A DNA stretch of 64,000 nt from Syntrophales bacterium. GTDB taxonomy: Bacteria > Desulfobacterota > Syntrophia > Syntrophales > UBA4778. Shown here piece by piece: positions 37,636-48,871 of the stretch. The position numbers and the translations under genes were made by a program. Every line of letters begins with the position of its first letter. Position 1 is the stretch's first letter. Location: positions 186,001 through 250,000 of the forward strand of contig CAXXQE010000007.1 of NCBI GenBank assembly GCA_963665615.2, read 5' to 3'. The notes under the pieces are model-generated. The model was not told the origin of the DNA and did no database searches. It saw nothing but the letters and a program-made list of their open reading frames with translations.

Positions 37636-38193
37636 CTAGATTTCCATGATTTCTTTTTCCTTGATCGCAAGAACCTCATCAATCCGCTTGATATAATCAT
37701 CGGTAATCTTTTGGACCTCCGTCTGTTTCTTAAAGAGATCGTCTTCAGAAATTTCGCTGTTCTTTTTTGCGGTCTTCAGGGCCTCGTTTGCGTCGCGCCG
37801 GTCGTTTCGGATCTTGACCTTAGACTCCTCGGCCATCTTCTTGACGATTTTGACGAGTTCCTTGCGACGCTGCTCGGTTAATACGGGAATCGAGATCCTG
37901 ACGAGCTTTCCGTCATTGGAAGGTGTCAGGCCGAGCTCTGATTTTTGAATGGCCTTTTCGATGGCCGGGATAATGCTGGACTCCCACGGCGAGATCTGAA
38001 TGGTTCGGCTCTCCGGAATCGACAAAGAGGCCACCTGATTGAGGGGGGTCGGCGTTCCGTAATAGTCCACACGAATGCCGTCCAGCAGCGCCAAAGAGGC
38101 ACGCCCTGTCCGCACCTTGCTAAGCGACTTCTCGAAAGCCTGGATGTTCTGCTCCATGGTCTCTTTCAACGTCTTGAATGACTGATTATCCAC
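37636..38193 (-). CDS. frr: Ribosome recycling factor
   Basis: [32 protein letters not shown]. Confidence 0.97.
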   Translation of the reverse strand: MDNQSFKTLKETMEQNIQAFEKSLSKVRTGRASLALLDGIRVDYYGTPTPLNQVASLSIPESRTIQISPWESSIIPAIEKAIQKSELGLTPSNDGKLVRISIPVLTEQRRKELVKIVKKMAEESKVKIRNDRRDANEALKTAKKNSEISEDDLFKKQTEVQKITDDYIKRIDEVLAIKEKEIMEI

Positions 38194-38917
38194 GTTGTTT
38201 ATCCTCCACCACCCGTGTGCCGACTTTTTGGCCGGAAATGACCTTCTTGATATTTCCTTTTTTTTCCAGATTGAAAACGATGATCGGCAGTCCGTTATCG
38301 CGACATAGCGAAATCGCCGTTGAATCCATTACTTTAAGGTTCATAGACAACACGTCGATATAACTTATTGTTTTGTACATAATGGCATCGGAATGAAGAA
38401 CCGGATCTTTATCGTAAACGCCATCGACCTTCGTTGCCTTCAAGATGGCGTCAGCCTGGATTTCCACCGCCCTCAAGGCTGCCGCCGTATCGGTCGTAAA
38501 GTACGGATTGCCTGTTCCGGCCGCAAAAATAACGATCCGCCCTTTTTCGAAATGTCTCAGGGCGCGCCTGTAGATGTAAGGCTCCGCAATCGCCTTCATC
38601 TCGATCGCCGAAAGGATCCTCGTCGGCAATCCAACGCTCTCCAGGACGTTCTGCAGGGCGAGGCTGTTGATCACCGTCGCCAGCATGCCCATATAGTCCG
38701 CAGAGGTGCGATCCATCGACTTGGCGTATGCCGCCTGGCCTCGAAAGATATTGCCCCCGCCAACCACGATACCGATCTGAACGCCGAGCCTTGAAACGTC
38801 CTTGAGCTCTCCCGCGATGTGTTGCAAAATTTCCAGATCGATATTCTGTTTGCTCTTGCCGGAAAGCGCTTCCCCGCTAAGCTTAAGAAGGATTCTCTTA
38901 AAGGCCGGTTTTTTCAT
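38186..38917 (-). CDS. pyrH: UMP kinase
   Basis: [32 protein letters not shown]. Confidence 0.97.
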   Translation of the reverse strand: MKKPAFKRILLKLSGEALSGKSKQNIDLEILQHIAGELKDVSRLGVQIGIVVGGGNIFRGQAAYAKSMDRTSADYMGMLATVINSLALQNVLESVGLPTRILSAIEMKAIAEPYIYRRALRHFEKGRIVIFAAGTGNPYFTTDTAAALRAVEIQADAILKATKVDGVYDKDPVLHSDAIMYKTISYIDVLSMNLKVMDSTAISLCRDNGLPIIVFNLEKKGNIKKVISGQKVGTRVVEDKQRG

Positions 38918-38940
38918 TTGCTCCGCGCTCCGTACCATCG

Positions 38941-39546
38941 TTATTTCTTGAGATCTTCCCCGAGCTGGAATCTGGCAAAGCGGCGGATGATCACATTCTC
39001 TCCCGTTTTCGCAATCAGATTATTGACGAGGGTCGCAACCGTGATATTGGAATCCTTGATGAATTTCTGATCCATCAAACAGACATCTTCATAAAACTTC
39101 TTCAGCTTTCCCTCAACGATCTTGTCGACAACTTTCTCGGGCTTTCCTTCGGCCAGAACCTGTGCGCGGTAGATATCCTTCTCGCTGTCGAGAACAGACT
39201 CCGGAATATCCTCGGACCGTACGTAAGTCGGGTTGGAGGCGGCGATATGCATGGCGATGTCCTTGGCCAAATTTTTGAAATCATCCGTCTTGCCGACGAA
39301 ATCAGTCTCGCAGTTGACCTCTACCAGAACGCCAATACGACCCTGCATGTGGATATAAGACGCAATGGCACCCTCCTTGGCGGCCTTGGAGGACCGTTTC
39401 GTGGCAGCCGAGAGTCCCTTCTTTCGCAAAAATTCGATGGCTTTGTCGAAATCACCATTCGACGCAGACAGGGCCTCCTTGCAATCCATCATGCCCGCAC
39501 CGGTTTTATCACGAAGATCTTTGACCAGTTTTGCTGATATTTCCAA
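38941..39546 (-). CDS. tsf: Elongation factor Ts (short form, TTG start)
   Basis: [28 protein letters not shown] start after AGGAGG. Confidence 0.95.
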   Translation of the reverse strand: MEISAKLVKDLRDKTGAGMMDCKEALSASNGDFDKAIEFLRKKGLSAATKRSSKAAKEGAIASYIHMQGRIGVLVEVNCETDFVGKTDDFKNLAKDIAMHIAASNPTYVRSEDIPESVLDSEKDIYRAQVLAEGKPEKVVDKIVEGKLKKFYEDVCLMDQKFIKDSNITVATLVNNLIAKTGENVIIRRFARFQLGEDLKK

Positions 39547-39737
39547 TTTCCCTTCCTCCTTGTTGTCTTGATCGCCTGACTGCGCCCTTTGGCGAGCCGA
39601 ACGCCTCAACGGACGAACGCCCTTACTGCCGTCAAGGCAGCATGCGGGCTATCCATTTTATTGTAGTGGATCTGATTTGAATCTGTCAGCGTGTATGCCC
39701 CGCAACCTGACCCTGTGCGGGGCATTTCCCGATCGTG

Positions 39738-40550
39738 TCAGGGAATGTCCTCCACGTCCTTTTCATCGACGCTGTCAGGCACATCCGTTTCCGTCACGCC
39801 CGCCGACCGTACCTCGACCTGGACAGAACTGACCTCTTTATCCGATTCCGATTGAATAGACTCCTCTTTCACCCGCTTGCCTTCCAATGCGGCGTCCGCC
39901 ATCTTCAAGGCGAAGAGCTTGATCGCGCGGATGGCATCGTCATTGCCGGGAATCACGTAATCAATATCGTCGGGATTGCAGTTCGTATCGACAATACCGA
40001 CAATCGGAATGCCCAGTTTGCGCGCCTCCCGAATGGCGATGCTTTCTTTTTTAGGATCAACGACGAACAGAGCGCCGGGCAGACCCCGCATATAGCGAAT
40101 GCCACCAAGCACTTTTTCCATCTTCTCCTTCTCCTTGCGCAAACCGAGGATCTCTTTCTTGGGAAAGGCGTTGATCGAGTCGTCGGCAAACATCTTATCG
40201 AGGCTGTTCAGGCGATCGATGCTCTTCTTGATCGTGCTGAAATTGGTCAACATGCCGCCGAGCCAGCGGTGATTGACATAAGGCATCCCGGCCCGCTCGG
40301 CCTCCGTTTTAATGGATTCCTGGGCCTGCTTCTTGGTCCCCAGAAAGAGGATCTCCTTCCCTTCGGCGACGCGGTTGATGACGTATTGATAGGCGACATT
40401 GAAAAGCTCGACTGTCTGCTGAAGGTCGATGATGTAAATACCGTTCCGAGCCCCGAAGATATAGGGCTTCATTTTGGGGTTCCACTTGTTGGTCTGATGG
40501 CCGAAGTGGACGCCGGACTCGAGCAGCAACTTCATTGAAATGTTTGACAT
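39738..40550 (-). CDS. rpsB: 30S ribosomal protein S2
   Basis: [29 protein letters not shown]. Confidence 0.97.
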   Translation of the reverse strand: MSNISMKLLLESGVHFGHQTNKWNPKMKPYIFGARNGIYIIDLQQTVELFNVAYQYVINRVAEGKEILFLGTKKQAQESIKTEAERAGMPYVNHRWLGGMLTNFSTIKKSIDRLNSLDKMFADDSINAFPKKEILGLRKEKEKMEKVLGGIRYMRGLPGALFVVDPKKESIAIREARKLGIPIVGIVDTNCNPDDIDYVIPGNDDAIRAIKLFALKMADAALEGKRVKEESIQSESDKEVSSVQVEVRSAGVTETDVPDSVDEKDVEDIP

Positions 40551-40555
40551 GGGTT

Positions 40556-40645
40556 CTTCTCCTCTAGTTTTTGATCCACCATCCCCGTCTTCTCCATCCG
40601 GCACTTTTTTCAAAGCAACGCCGGATCGATCGGGGGATGTGCGTA
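40556..40645 (-). promoter_or_regulatory. rpsB leader (S2 autoregulatory, t44-like RNA)
   Basis: Minus strand cgcacatcccc...atccggcgttgctttg...gtgccggatgga...ggggatggtgga...aaaaac forms nested stems resembling the known rpsB leader, directly upstream of rpsB. Confidence 0.6.
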
Positions 40646-40701
40646 GTGGGCTGCCAATTAACACAAGTGCGCGTAATTATCAAGCAAAAAGTTAAGACCT
40701 C

Positions 40702-41892
40702 TCACGTGTGATAATCGGCATTGATATGGATATAGTCGTGCGACAAATCGCTGGCAAAGACGCGGAAAGAGGCGGCTCCCTGCCCCAGCCGAACGGTGAC
40801 TCGGATTTCCTCCCTTTGCATCACTGCCATCAGTCGCTCACGGTCGTTGACAACACCCCCACCAGCCTTAAACACGGCCAGGTCATCGAGATACACTTCC
40901 ATGCGTTCCGGGTCGATCTTGAGACCGATCGAACCGGCCGCAGAGATAATGCGCCCCCAGTTCGGGTCCTTTCCGAAAAAGGCCGTCTTGACGAGGTTGG
41001 ACCTGGCAATTGCGTAAGCCGCCCCTCGAGCGGCGTCGCGTGTCGCCCCCTGCTCAACTACAATTTCCAAGACCTTTGTCGCCCCTTCGCCGTCGCGGAC
41101 GATCGCCTTCGCCAGTTCGATCATGACAGCCAGCAGGGCCGACTTGAAGGCAGTATAAGCCGGCGTACTCTCGGCGATGATGTCATTGCCCGCCACCCCA
41201 GACGCCATGATGAGGGCCATGTCGTTGGTGCTCATGCAGCCATCCACTGAGATCGCATTGAAACTATCCGCAGCGCACTCGCGAAAGACCCTATCCAGAA
41301 TCTCAGTGGAAATGGCCGCATCGGTCAGGATAAAGGTCAGCATGGTGGCCATGTTGGGTTCAATCATACCGGCCCCTTTAGCAAGGCCGCACAGCGTGAC
41401 CGTCTTGCCGTTGATCGAAACCTGGCGGGATTCGATTTTGGGGAATTTGTCTGTGGTCATGATCGCCGCCTCGGCATCATCGAGACGATCCTTGGCCAAT
41501 CCGGACACCAAGACCGGAACCGCCGCCACAATTTTATCAATCGGGAGACGATCTCCGATTTTTCCCGTCGATGCAACGAGCACTCGATCGGGATCGATGT
41601 CCAGTTCTTTCGCCAACGCCCCGGACATGGCGACCGCGTCACGATACCCCTCGTGTCCCGTCGCCGCATTGGCGTTGCCGCTATTGATCAGGACTGCTTG
41701 CACAAATCCCTTGCGGATCCTTTCCATGGACAACAAGACCGGAGGCGCCTTGAAGTCGTTCGTTGTAAACACAGCGGCCGCTGGAACCGGCTTATTCGCA
41801 TAGATGAGAGCCAGGTCTTTTCGACCGCCGTCTTTAATCCCGACGTGAATGCCGTTCAGCAGAAAACCGGGAACGCTCCATTTATCGCTCAT
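40702..41892 (-). CDS. argJ: Bifunctional ornithine acetyltransferase/N-acetylglutamate synthase
   Basis: NSGNANA, KGAGMIEPNMATML, DGEGATK, DPNWGRI. Confidence 0.96.
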   Translation of the reverse strand: MSDKWSVPGFLLNGIHVGIKDGGRKDLALIYANKPVPAAAVFTTNDFKAPPVLLSMERIRKGFVQAVLINSGNANAATGHEGYRDAVAMSGALAKELDIDPDRVLVASTGKIGDRLPIDKIVAAVPVLVSGLAKDRLDDAEAAIMTTDKFPKIESRQVSINGKTVTLCGLAKGAGMIEPNMATMLTFILTDAAISTEILDRVFRECAADSFNAISVDGCMSTNDMALIMASGVAGNDIIAESTPAYTAFKSALLAVMIELAKAIVRDGEGATKVLEIVVEQGATRDAARGAAYAIARSNLVKTAFFGKDPNWGRIISAAGSIGLKIDPERMEVYLDDLAVFKAGGGVVNDRERLMAVMQREEIRVTVRLGQGAASFRVFASDLSHDYIHINADYHT

Positions 41893-42002
41893 TATCTCAA
41901 ACTCCTGACGCGCAAAGAAATTGCCGGGGTATTGCCTCGGCATTTAAAGATACCACCTATCGCTACGGCGGCCAGCCGCACGAAACTCCACGCGCAGCAG
42001 GT

Positions 42003-44516
42003 TCATTGACCGCAACATTTCTTGTATTTCTTGCCGCTGCCGCATGGACAGGGATCGTTTCTTCCCACCTTTTCGCCCTGCCGCACTCGCTGGGCAACGT
42101 GCCCCTCTTCACCCGCGCGGTTCATGACATAGTCTGTGGACTGTCTATGTACTTCCGGCAGCGCTTCTTCCCGCTGCACCTGAACAAGACACAATTTTTC
42201 CAGCGTATCCGCTTTCACCTGATACATCATCGCGGCGAAAGTCTCATACCCTTCCCGTTGATATTCCCGTTTCGGATCCTTTTGCGCATAGCCCCTCAAT
42301 CCGATCCCCTCCTTGAGGTGATCCATTGCGAGGAGGTGATCCTTCCAATGCGCATCGATAGACTGAAGCAGGATGTACTTCATGAGGTAATCCATCAACG
42401 GCTTGCCGAATTCGGTCTCCTTGGCGCGCAAATGGGTCAGTGCTCCATTCCTGACACGGTCTTTCATCTCGTTAATACTGAGCGGTTCGGACACATTGGC
42501 AAAATTAAACCTCAACGAGAATTGTTTGGAGAGCAGATCGTCCAACCCCTTCAGATCCCAGTCCTCCCGATGGGCCCTTTCATCGATATTTTCGATAAAC
42601 AGATCCTCGACCAGCTCATCGACCATCTCTTCGACGATACCCCACAGATCCTCGCCGGACAGGACATTGCGTCGCTGATCGTAAACGACCTGGCGCTGCA
42701 TATTCATCACGTTGTCGTATTCGAGCAGATGCTTGCGAATATCGAAATTCTGTCCCTCAACGCGCTTCTGGGCATTTTCGATCGCCCGCGATATCAGCGC
42801 ATGTTCAATCGGTTGTCCTTCTTCAAATCCGACACGATCCATGATGGAGGCGATGCGCTCCGCGCCGAAGATTCTCAACAGGTCGTCTTCAAGACACAGA
42901 TAGAATCGTGAAGAGCCCTGATCCCCCTGGCGGCCGGAACGCCCTCTCAACTGATTGTCGATACGTCGACTCTCGTGACGCTCTGTCCCGAGAACGTGCA
43001 GCCCTCCCAGTTTGGCAACCCCCTCGCCCAATTTGATGTCGGTCCCACGGCCAGCCATATTGGTAGAAATGGTCACTGCCCCTCTTTGCCCGGCAGCCGC
43101 AATGATCTCGGCCTCTTTTTCATGATTCTTGGCATTGAGAACCTCATGTTTGATCCCCTCGCGCTGCAGAAACTTGCTCAGGAGTTCCGATTTTTCGATC
43201 GAAATCGTTCCCACCAGCACAGGCTGGCCGACCTGGTGCAATCGCTTGATCTCCTCAATGGCCGCCTTGAACTTTTCGCGCTCCGTCTTGTAGATGACGT
43301 CGGAGTTATCCACCCGGATCATCGGCATGTTTGTCGGGATCACGACCACCTCGAGCTTGTAAATTTCCCCGAACTCCGTCGCCTCCGTATCCGCCGTTCC
43401 CGTCATGCCGCCGAGCTTCTCATACATCCGGAAGTAATTCTGGAAGGTAATCGTGGCCAGCGTCTGGTTTTCCCGTTCCACCTTGACGCGTTCCTTGGCC
43501 TCCAGCGCCTGATGCAGGCCGTCGCTGTATCGCCGTCCTGGCATGATCCGCCCGGTAAACTCATCGACGATCACGACCTGGCCGTCTTTGACGACATAGT
43601 CCACATCGCGTTTGAAGAGTGCATGAGCCTTGAGCGCTTGATTGACATGGTGGAGTGTGTCGATATTTCGTGGATCATAAAGATTCTGGACCTTCAGGAG
43701 CTTTTCGACCCGCTGGACGCCTCCGTCCGTCAACGCGACTGTGCGGCTCTTCTCATCGACCGTATAATCGTCCTCCTTTTGGAGTCTGGGAATGATCTGA
43801 TCGATGATCTGATATTTTTCCGTGGACTCTTCTGCGGGTCCGGAAATGATAAGCGGCGTTCTGGCCTCGTCGATGAGAATACTGTCAACCTCATCCACGA
43901 TTGCGTAATGGAAGTCTCGCTGAACGTAGTCGTCCAGGCTGAACTTCATGTTGTCTCGGAGATAATCGAAGCCGAATTCATTGTTCGTCCCATACGTTAT
44001 ATCGGATTGATAGGCCTGTCGCCTTTCCGCATCATCCATGTTGTTAACGATCACACCGACAGACAATCCCAGAAAATTATAGATGGGGCTCATCCACATC
44101 GCATCGCGCTTAGCCAAATAATCATTGACTGTCACGACATGTACCCCTCTGCCGGTCAGCGCATTGAGATAAACGGGCAGGGTGGCGGCCAGCGTCTTGC
44201 CTTCCCCTGTTTTCATTTCGGCAATCTTCCCCTGGTGCAGCACCATCCCCCCGATCATCTGCACATCGAAGGGTCGCATGCTGAGCGTACGGCGTGACGC
44301 CTCACGCACAACGGCAAAGGCCTCGGGAAGAATATCGTCGAGCTCTGCTCCGTCGGCAAGTTTTTGTTTAAAATAGGGAGTTTTGGCTTGGAGTTGCGCA
44401 TCGTCCAGTTCGCACAATGTCGGCTCGTAAGCGTTGATTTCATCGAGAACAACAGAAAGTCTCTTTAACTCCCGATCGTTTTTTGATCCGAATATCTTAG
44501 TTAGAAGTTTCAGCAT
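42003..44516 (-). CDS. secA: Preprotein translocase subunit SecA
   Basis: [39 protein letters not shown]-terminal [17 protein letters not shown]. Confidence 0.98.
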   Translation of the reverse strand: MLKLLTKIFGSKNDRELKRLSVVLDEINAYEPTLCELDDAQLQAKTPYFKQKLADGAELDDILPEAFAVVREASRRTLSMRPFDVQMIGGMVLHQGKIAEMKTGEGKTLAATLPVYLNALTGRGVHVVTVNDYLAKRDAMWMSPIYNFLGLSVGVIVNNMDDAERRQAYQSDITYGTNNEFGFDYLRDNMKFSLDDYVQRDFHYAIVDEVDSILIDEARTPLIISGPAEESTEKYQIIDQIIPRLQKEDDYTVDEKSRTVALTDGGVQRVEKLLKVQNLYDPRNIDTLHHVNQALKAHALFKRDVDYVVKDGQVVIVDEFTGRIMPGRRYSDGLHQALEAKERVKVERENQTLATITFQNYFRMYEKLGGMTGTADTEATEFGEIYKLEVVVIPTNMPMIRVDNSDVIYKTEREKFKAAIEEIKRLHQVGQPVLVGTISIEKSELLSKFLQREGIKHEVLNAKNHEKEAEIIAAAGQRGAVTISTNMAGRGTDIKLGEGVAKLGGLHVLGTERHESRRIDNQLRGRSGRQGDQGSSRFYLCLEDDLLRIFGAERIASIMDRVGFEEGQPIEHALISRAIENAQKRVEGQNFDIRKHLLEYDNVMNMQRQVVYDQRRNVLSGEDLWGIVEEMVDELVEDLFIENIDERAHREDWDLKGLDDLLSKQFSLRFNFANVSEPLSINEMKDRVRNGALTHLRAKETEFGKPLMDYLMKYILLQSIDAHWKDHLLAMDHLKEGIGLRGYAQKDPKREYQREGYETFAAMMYQVKADTLEKLCLVQVQREEALPEVHRQSTDYVMNRAGEEGHVAQRVRQGEKVGRNDPCPCGSGKKYKKCCGQ

Positions 44517-44607
44517 GATTTTCTCTTCAGTTTGAACATAAAAAAAAAATAGCCGGCACACATGTTACCGGCACGACCCGTTCCTAATTTGATAGAGGGA
44601 GAACTTA

Positions 44608-45492
44608 TCAGTTCAGGTATTTTCTGGGATTCACCAGAATCCCATTCAACGAAACGCTATAATGGAGATGCGGCCCCGTGCTGCGTCCTGAATTTCCCAC
44701 ATAACCGATCACGTCTCCCCGCTTCACCCGCTGTCCAGCCACTACGGCGGAACGTAGCAGGTGGGCATAACCTGTTGCAATCCCTTTGATATGATCGATG
44801 ACGACATAATTGCCCATATCGGATCGGTTGACGACTTCGGAGACAATCCCATCCGCGGGGGCATGAACGACATTGCCCATACGGCACGCGATGTCAACGC
44901 CCTTATGAAACTCTTCATCGTCACCAAAAGGCGACGAGCGGGAACCAAACTCCGAAGTGACCCACCCCTGCACCGGCCAGATAGAAGGCGTCGCCGCAAG
45001 AATGGACTCTCTTTTTCTCAACAGATCAAGCAGTTGCGTGAAACTATGCTCCTGGGCCGACGCGTCGCGAATCAACCGGTCGAGGTTCTGTTCGAGATCG
45101 TTGACACCGACAACGACGCCCTTTTCCGTTTCAACGCCACCGATGCCAAGCATCTGGCTTTTATTTTCCGAGCGCTGCTTGCCGAAATTGGTCATCGACC
45201 GAATCTTCTCATCGAACTGCTTCAGATTCTCCATCTTCTTTTCAAAGGTCGTAACCTTGGTGGCCAAACTGTCAATCCGGGTTTTTTGGTAATTCGTCAG
45301 CTTCTTCAGATAGGAGAGTTCAAAATCCTTGCTCTTGGTCGTGGCATAGTCATAGAGGAAAAAAACAAGGCAGAGGACAAAGAGGATTCCAGCACCGGCA
45401 GCGCACTTTACGAGAGCGCTCGAAACGGAGATCTTCCTGACTGAGCTTTTCTTCCTGGGTACAATTAGAAATGTGTAATGGTTTTTCGCCAT
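44608..45492 (-). CDS. M23 family metallopeptidase
   Basis: TM segment and coiled coil; HKGVD, YAHL, GRSTGPHLHY. Confidence 0.9.
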   Translation of the reverse strand: MAKNHYTFLIVPRKKSSVRKISVSSALVKCAAGAGILFVLCLVFFLYDYATTKSKDFELSYLKKLTNYQKTRIDSLATKVTTFEKKMENLKQFDEKIRSMTNFGKQRSENKSQMLGIGGVETEKGVVVGVNDLEQNLDRLIRDASAQEHSFTQLLDLLRKRESILAATPSIWPVQGWVTSEFGSRSSPFGDDEEFHKGVDIACRMGNVVHAPADGIVSEVVNRSDMGNYVVIDHIKGIATGYAHLLRSAVVAGQRVKRGDVIGYVGNSGRSTGPHLHYSVSLNGILVNPRKYLN

Positions 45493-45672
45493 TCTCCCAT
45501 CCGAACCAAATAAGAATCGTCTTGGCTGAAGAAAAAGTCGAAGGAACGCTATCACAAAGCGCGGGGTCGGTCAAGTAAAGAAACCGACCCACCTTTCGGT
45601 CCTATCATCCCAATTTCTCAGAGAATATCGCTGTGCGGCCCCGGAAACACGGAGATGCCGCACATCCTTTTT

Positions 45673-47676
45673 TTATCGGCACGACGGGTCATTTTCTGTA
45701 CCGCCGTCCAAATAGCGAAAGGCCCGGTCTATATCCCGATGACTCGCTACGAGCAGCAGCGTATCCTGCTCCTGGATTTGAAAGTCGGCGCCGGGGCTTG
45801 TAATAGAGGCATCCCCGCGGACAACGGCAATGACTGTTGCGCCGGTACATCCGCGCAAATTTAGGGCGCCCAGCGTCCGACCGACCGGCCAGGTTCCCCT
45901 GCCGACGAAGTAGGTCTCCGCGGTTCCGGACGCGAGCAGATCGGAAATTCTGTCGGCAACAGGTCTCACGGTGCTCGTCGACCCCCTCATGAGACCGTAA
46001 CACTCGCTCCTGAGGATCTTGACCTGCGCATCAATAATGTTGCGCGGGATATGATATCGCTCCAAAACCCTGGTAAAAATCTCGATAGAAGTTTCGAACT
46101 CCTCCGGGATGACATCCATCGCCTCGACCGCCAAAAAATCGTCTACATCCGCGGCATAACGCGTGCGCACGATAACGAAAAGATCCGGATTGAGCGCGCG
46201 GGACATACGGACGCCTCGCAGTGTCATCATCGGATCGGAGATCGCAAAAACTATACCTTTGGCCTTTTGAATACAAGCCTCTTGCAAAATCGTCGCGCTG
46301 GCAACGTCTCCATAAATGATGGGCTCATCCTGTGCCGAGGCCGTTCGAACCGTGACCGGATTGACCTCTAGAATGATATAAGGGATCCCTGCCTCCTTTA
46401 AAACATAGGCCAGATTGCGGCCGTTCAAACCGTAGCCAGCGATGATCACATGCCCCTCTATCTGTCGCCCCGCTTTTGAATGACTTTCCGGCATAGCGCG
46501 CCTGAAGCCAAAAAGTCGCTCCCACCCCTCGGCCAGAACGGGAGCGATTTGGATCAGTAGCGGGGTGGCCATGATCGTCAAGATCGACGAGGCGATAAAG
46601 GCCTGGAAGAGGTCGTTTGACAAAAGACCGTGCATGCGCCCGACCCGCGCCAGAACAAAGGAAAATTCTCCAATCTGTGCCAGGGACAGGCCAGCGAACA
46701 ATGCAATTCGCGACCCGTAACCGAACGACAATACCAGCGCCGTGACCACGATCAATTTGATGACGACCACGCTACCGACAAGTGCCAGAACGACCATTCC
46801 CAACCTCCAGACCGCGCCGATATCCAGCAACATTCCCACGGAGATAAAGAAGAGGCTGTTAAAGACATCCTTAAACGGCAATATATCGGAAACGACCTGG
46901 TGACTGTAATCCGAATCGGCGAGCAGAACCCCGGCAAGAAAGGCCCCCAGCGCCAGCGACAATCCTAGAGATGAGGTGAGAAACGACATGCCCAGACAGA
47001 TAAACAAGGTGGTAATGAGGAAGACTTCACGGATCCGGGTCTGAACGATACGGTGCAGAATGTGCGGCATCAGGTAGCGGGCGACGGCGAAAACGCCGCC
47101 AATGATCGCCAGACTCAACGTAAAGCGCAGCGCGATCGCACCCGCCGAGGCACTGCCGGTACTTGCCAGCACCGGAACGAGGGCCAGCATCGGAACGATG
47201 GCAATATCCTGAAAAATCAGGATGCCCAACGCAATTCGACCATGCGGGGCATCAAGCTCCCCGCGCTGCCCGAGTAGCGTCAACACAACGGCCGTGCTGC
47301 TGAGGGCCACTAAAAACCCGTAAAACAGCGACTGGCGAAATGGCATGGAGAACACCCCGATGAGGAGGGCGACACAGGCCATCGTTGTCAGACAAACTTG
47401 AACGCTGCCTCCGATCCAAAAATGCCGTTGAATCCGTTTGATCCTTTCGGGCGCAAAATCCAGCCCGATCGTAAAGAGCAGCATGACAACGCCGATTTCT
47501 GCCATGGCATCGATCGTCGTGAAATGTTTGACGAGGGACAGACCGCCCGGTCCGATGAGAACGCCGGTCAGCAGCAGACCGATCACCGACGGGAGGTGAA
47601 TCTTGTTGGAGATATAGAGAATGGCGATGGAGGCAGCCAGAACGACGACAAATTCTCTAAGGACAAAGAGATCCAT
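45673..47676 (-). CDS. CPA2/Kef-type cation:proton antiporter with TrkA-N and TrkA-C domains
   Basis: Multi-TM; LSSTAVV, LIFQD, QIGEFSFVL; GYGLNG Rossmann motif; C-terminal TrkA-C-like segment. Confidence 0.88.
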   Translation of the reverse strand: MDLFVLREFVVVLAASIAILYISNKIHLPSVIGLLLTGVLIGPGGLSLVKHFTTIDAMAEIGVVMLLFTIGLDFAPERIKRIQRHFWIGGSVQVCLTTMACVALLIGVFSMPFRQSLFYGFLVALSSTAVVLTLLGQRGELDAPHGRIALGILIFQDIAIVPMLALVPVLASTGSASAGAIALRFTLSLAIIGGVFAVARYLMPHILHRIVQTRIREVFLITTLFICLGMSFLTSSLGLSLALGAFLAGVLLADSDYSHQVVSDILPFKDVFNSLFFISVGMLLDIGAVWRLGMVVLALVGSVVVIKLIVVTALVLSFGYGSRIALFAGLSLAQIGEFSFVLARVGRMHGLLSNDLFQAFIASSILTIMATPLLIQIAPVLAEGWERLFGFRRAMPESHSKAGRQIEGHVIIAGYGLNGRNLAYVLKEAGIPYIILEVNPVTVRTASAQDEPIIYGDVASATILQEACIQKAKGIVFAISDPMMTLRGVRMSRALNPDLFVIVRTRYAADVDDFLAVEAMDVIPEEFETSIEIFTRVLERYHIPRNIIDAQVKILRSECYGLMRGSTSTVRPVADRISDLLASGTAETYFVGRGTWPVGRTLGALNLRGCTGATVIAVVRGDASITSPGADFQIQEQDTLLLVASHRDIDRAFRYLDGGTENDPSCR

Positions 47677-47687
47677 AGATACCGCTT

Positions 47688-47999
47688 TTACAGATAACTG
47701 CAGCAATAATCCGTAATGGTCTTGATCTTCAGTTTAAAGGAGGCATTACCCGGCACCTCAAAAGACTCCCCGCCCCTAACCCGTTTCCACTCGCTCTGGC
47801 CCGGAAGGAGGATTTCCAACTCACCCGAGAGGATCTCCATCAGTTCCGGCGCCGCGGTTCCAAACTCATAATCGCCCGGCAACATAATCCCTAGTGTCTT
47901 TTTAGTGCCGTCTTTAAAAATCAGGGTTCGGCTTGTAACTTTGCCGTCAAAATAGATATTCGCTTCCTTGACCGCCGTGACATTGACAAATTCAGACAT
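47688..47999 (-). CDS. ppnP: Pyrimidine/purine nucleoside phosphorylase
   Basis: [32 protein letters not shown]. Confidence 0.88.
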   Translation of the reverse strand: MSEFVNVTAVKEANIYFDGKVTSRTLIFKDGTKKTLGIMLPGDYEFGTAAPELMEILSGELEILLPGQSEWKRVRGGESFEVPGNASFKLKIKTITDYCCSYL

Positions 48000-48049
48000 A
48001 ATCCAGCCTCTCTAGATGTATTTCGTTCATATGACTTGCTGCTGAACGC

Positions 48050-48832
48050 TCACTTCTGACAGCGCGGGCAGAAGAAACTGCCCCGGCCGTTTTGAAGGGT
48101 GCGCTCAATGGTCGCGCCACATCTCGGACACTCCAGCCCGTTGCGCTGATAAACCTGAAGGTGGTTTTGAAATTCCGCTTTCTCGGCAAAAAGATCTCTC
48201 CAGTCCGAAATAGAGGTTCCCCGGCACGACACGGCCCGTTCCAGAACAGCCGGAATCGCCTTGCCGATGCGGCACCACTCATCCAGCGACAAGGAGGCAG
48301 CGCGTCGTCGCGGATCAATGGCAGCGGTAAAGAGAATTTCACAGGCATAAATATTGCCAATACCGCAGAGGATCCGCTGATCCAGTAAAAACGTCTTGAT
48401 GGCAACACGTTTGCTTCGCGCCCGAATCCGGAGGGCTTCTGGAGAAATGGCTCGCAACGCATCCGGCGCGTTTCGCAGTAATTCAGGATTCGTCCGTTGA
48501 AGGGTGACTGTCGCAAAGCGCCTCGGATCATCCAGCAACAGATAGCCTTCCCCAACCCCCAGGATTAATCGCGTATGTTTGGAATATCCTACGGGGTCCG
48601 ATACGTAAAAAATCCGACCGGTCATTCGAAGGTGAAATTGAAGAAACAGGCGGCCGGACAAGCTCAGCGTCAGCCACTTGCCGTAGCGATCAATCCCGAC
48701 GATCTTCTTCCCAATCGCCGCACCGATATCGGGCAATTTCCGATCCAGGACATCCGCGGAAACGATACGTCGCCCGACGATCCTTTCCCGGAGCTGACGG
48801 CACAGTGTTTCTACCTCTGGCAGTTCGGGCAT
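48050..48832 (-). CDS. mutM: Formamidopyrimidine-DNA glycosylase
   Basis: MPELPEVE, HLRMTG, GIGNIY, C-terminal zinc finger CPRC...CPRCQ. Confidence 0.93.
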   Translation of the reverse strand: MPELPEVETLCRQLRERIVGRRIVSADVLDRKLPDIGAAIGKKIVGIDRYGKWLTLSLSGRLFLQFHLRMTGRIFYVSDPVGYSKHTRLILGVGEGYLLLDDPRRFATVTLQRTNPELLRNAPDALRAISPEALRIRARSKRVAIKTFLLDQRILCGIGNIYACEILFTAAIDPRRRAASLSLDEWCRIGKAIPAVLERAVSCRGTSISDWRDLFAEKAEFQNHLQVYQRNGLECPRCGATIERTLQNGRGSFFCPRCQK

Positions 48833-48871
48833 ATCACACGACGGATCGGAATCTTATGCGACACGGCACGA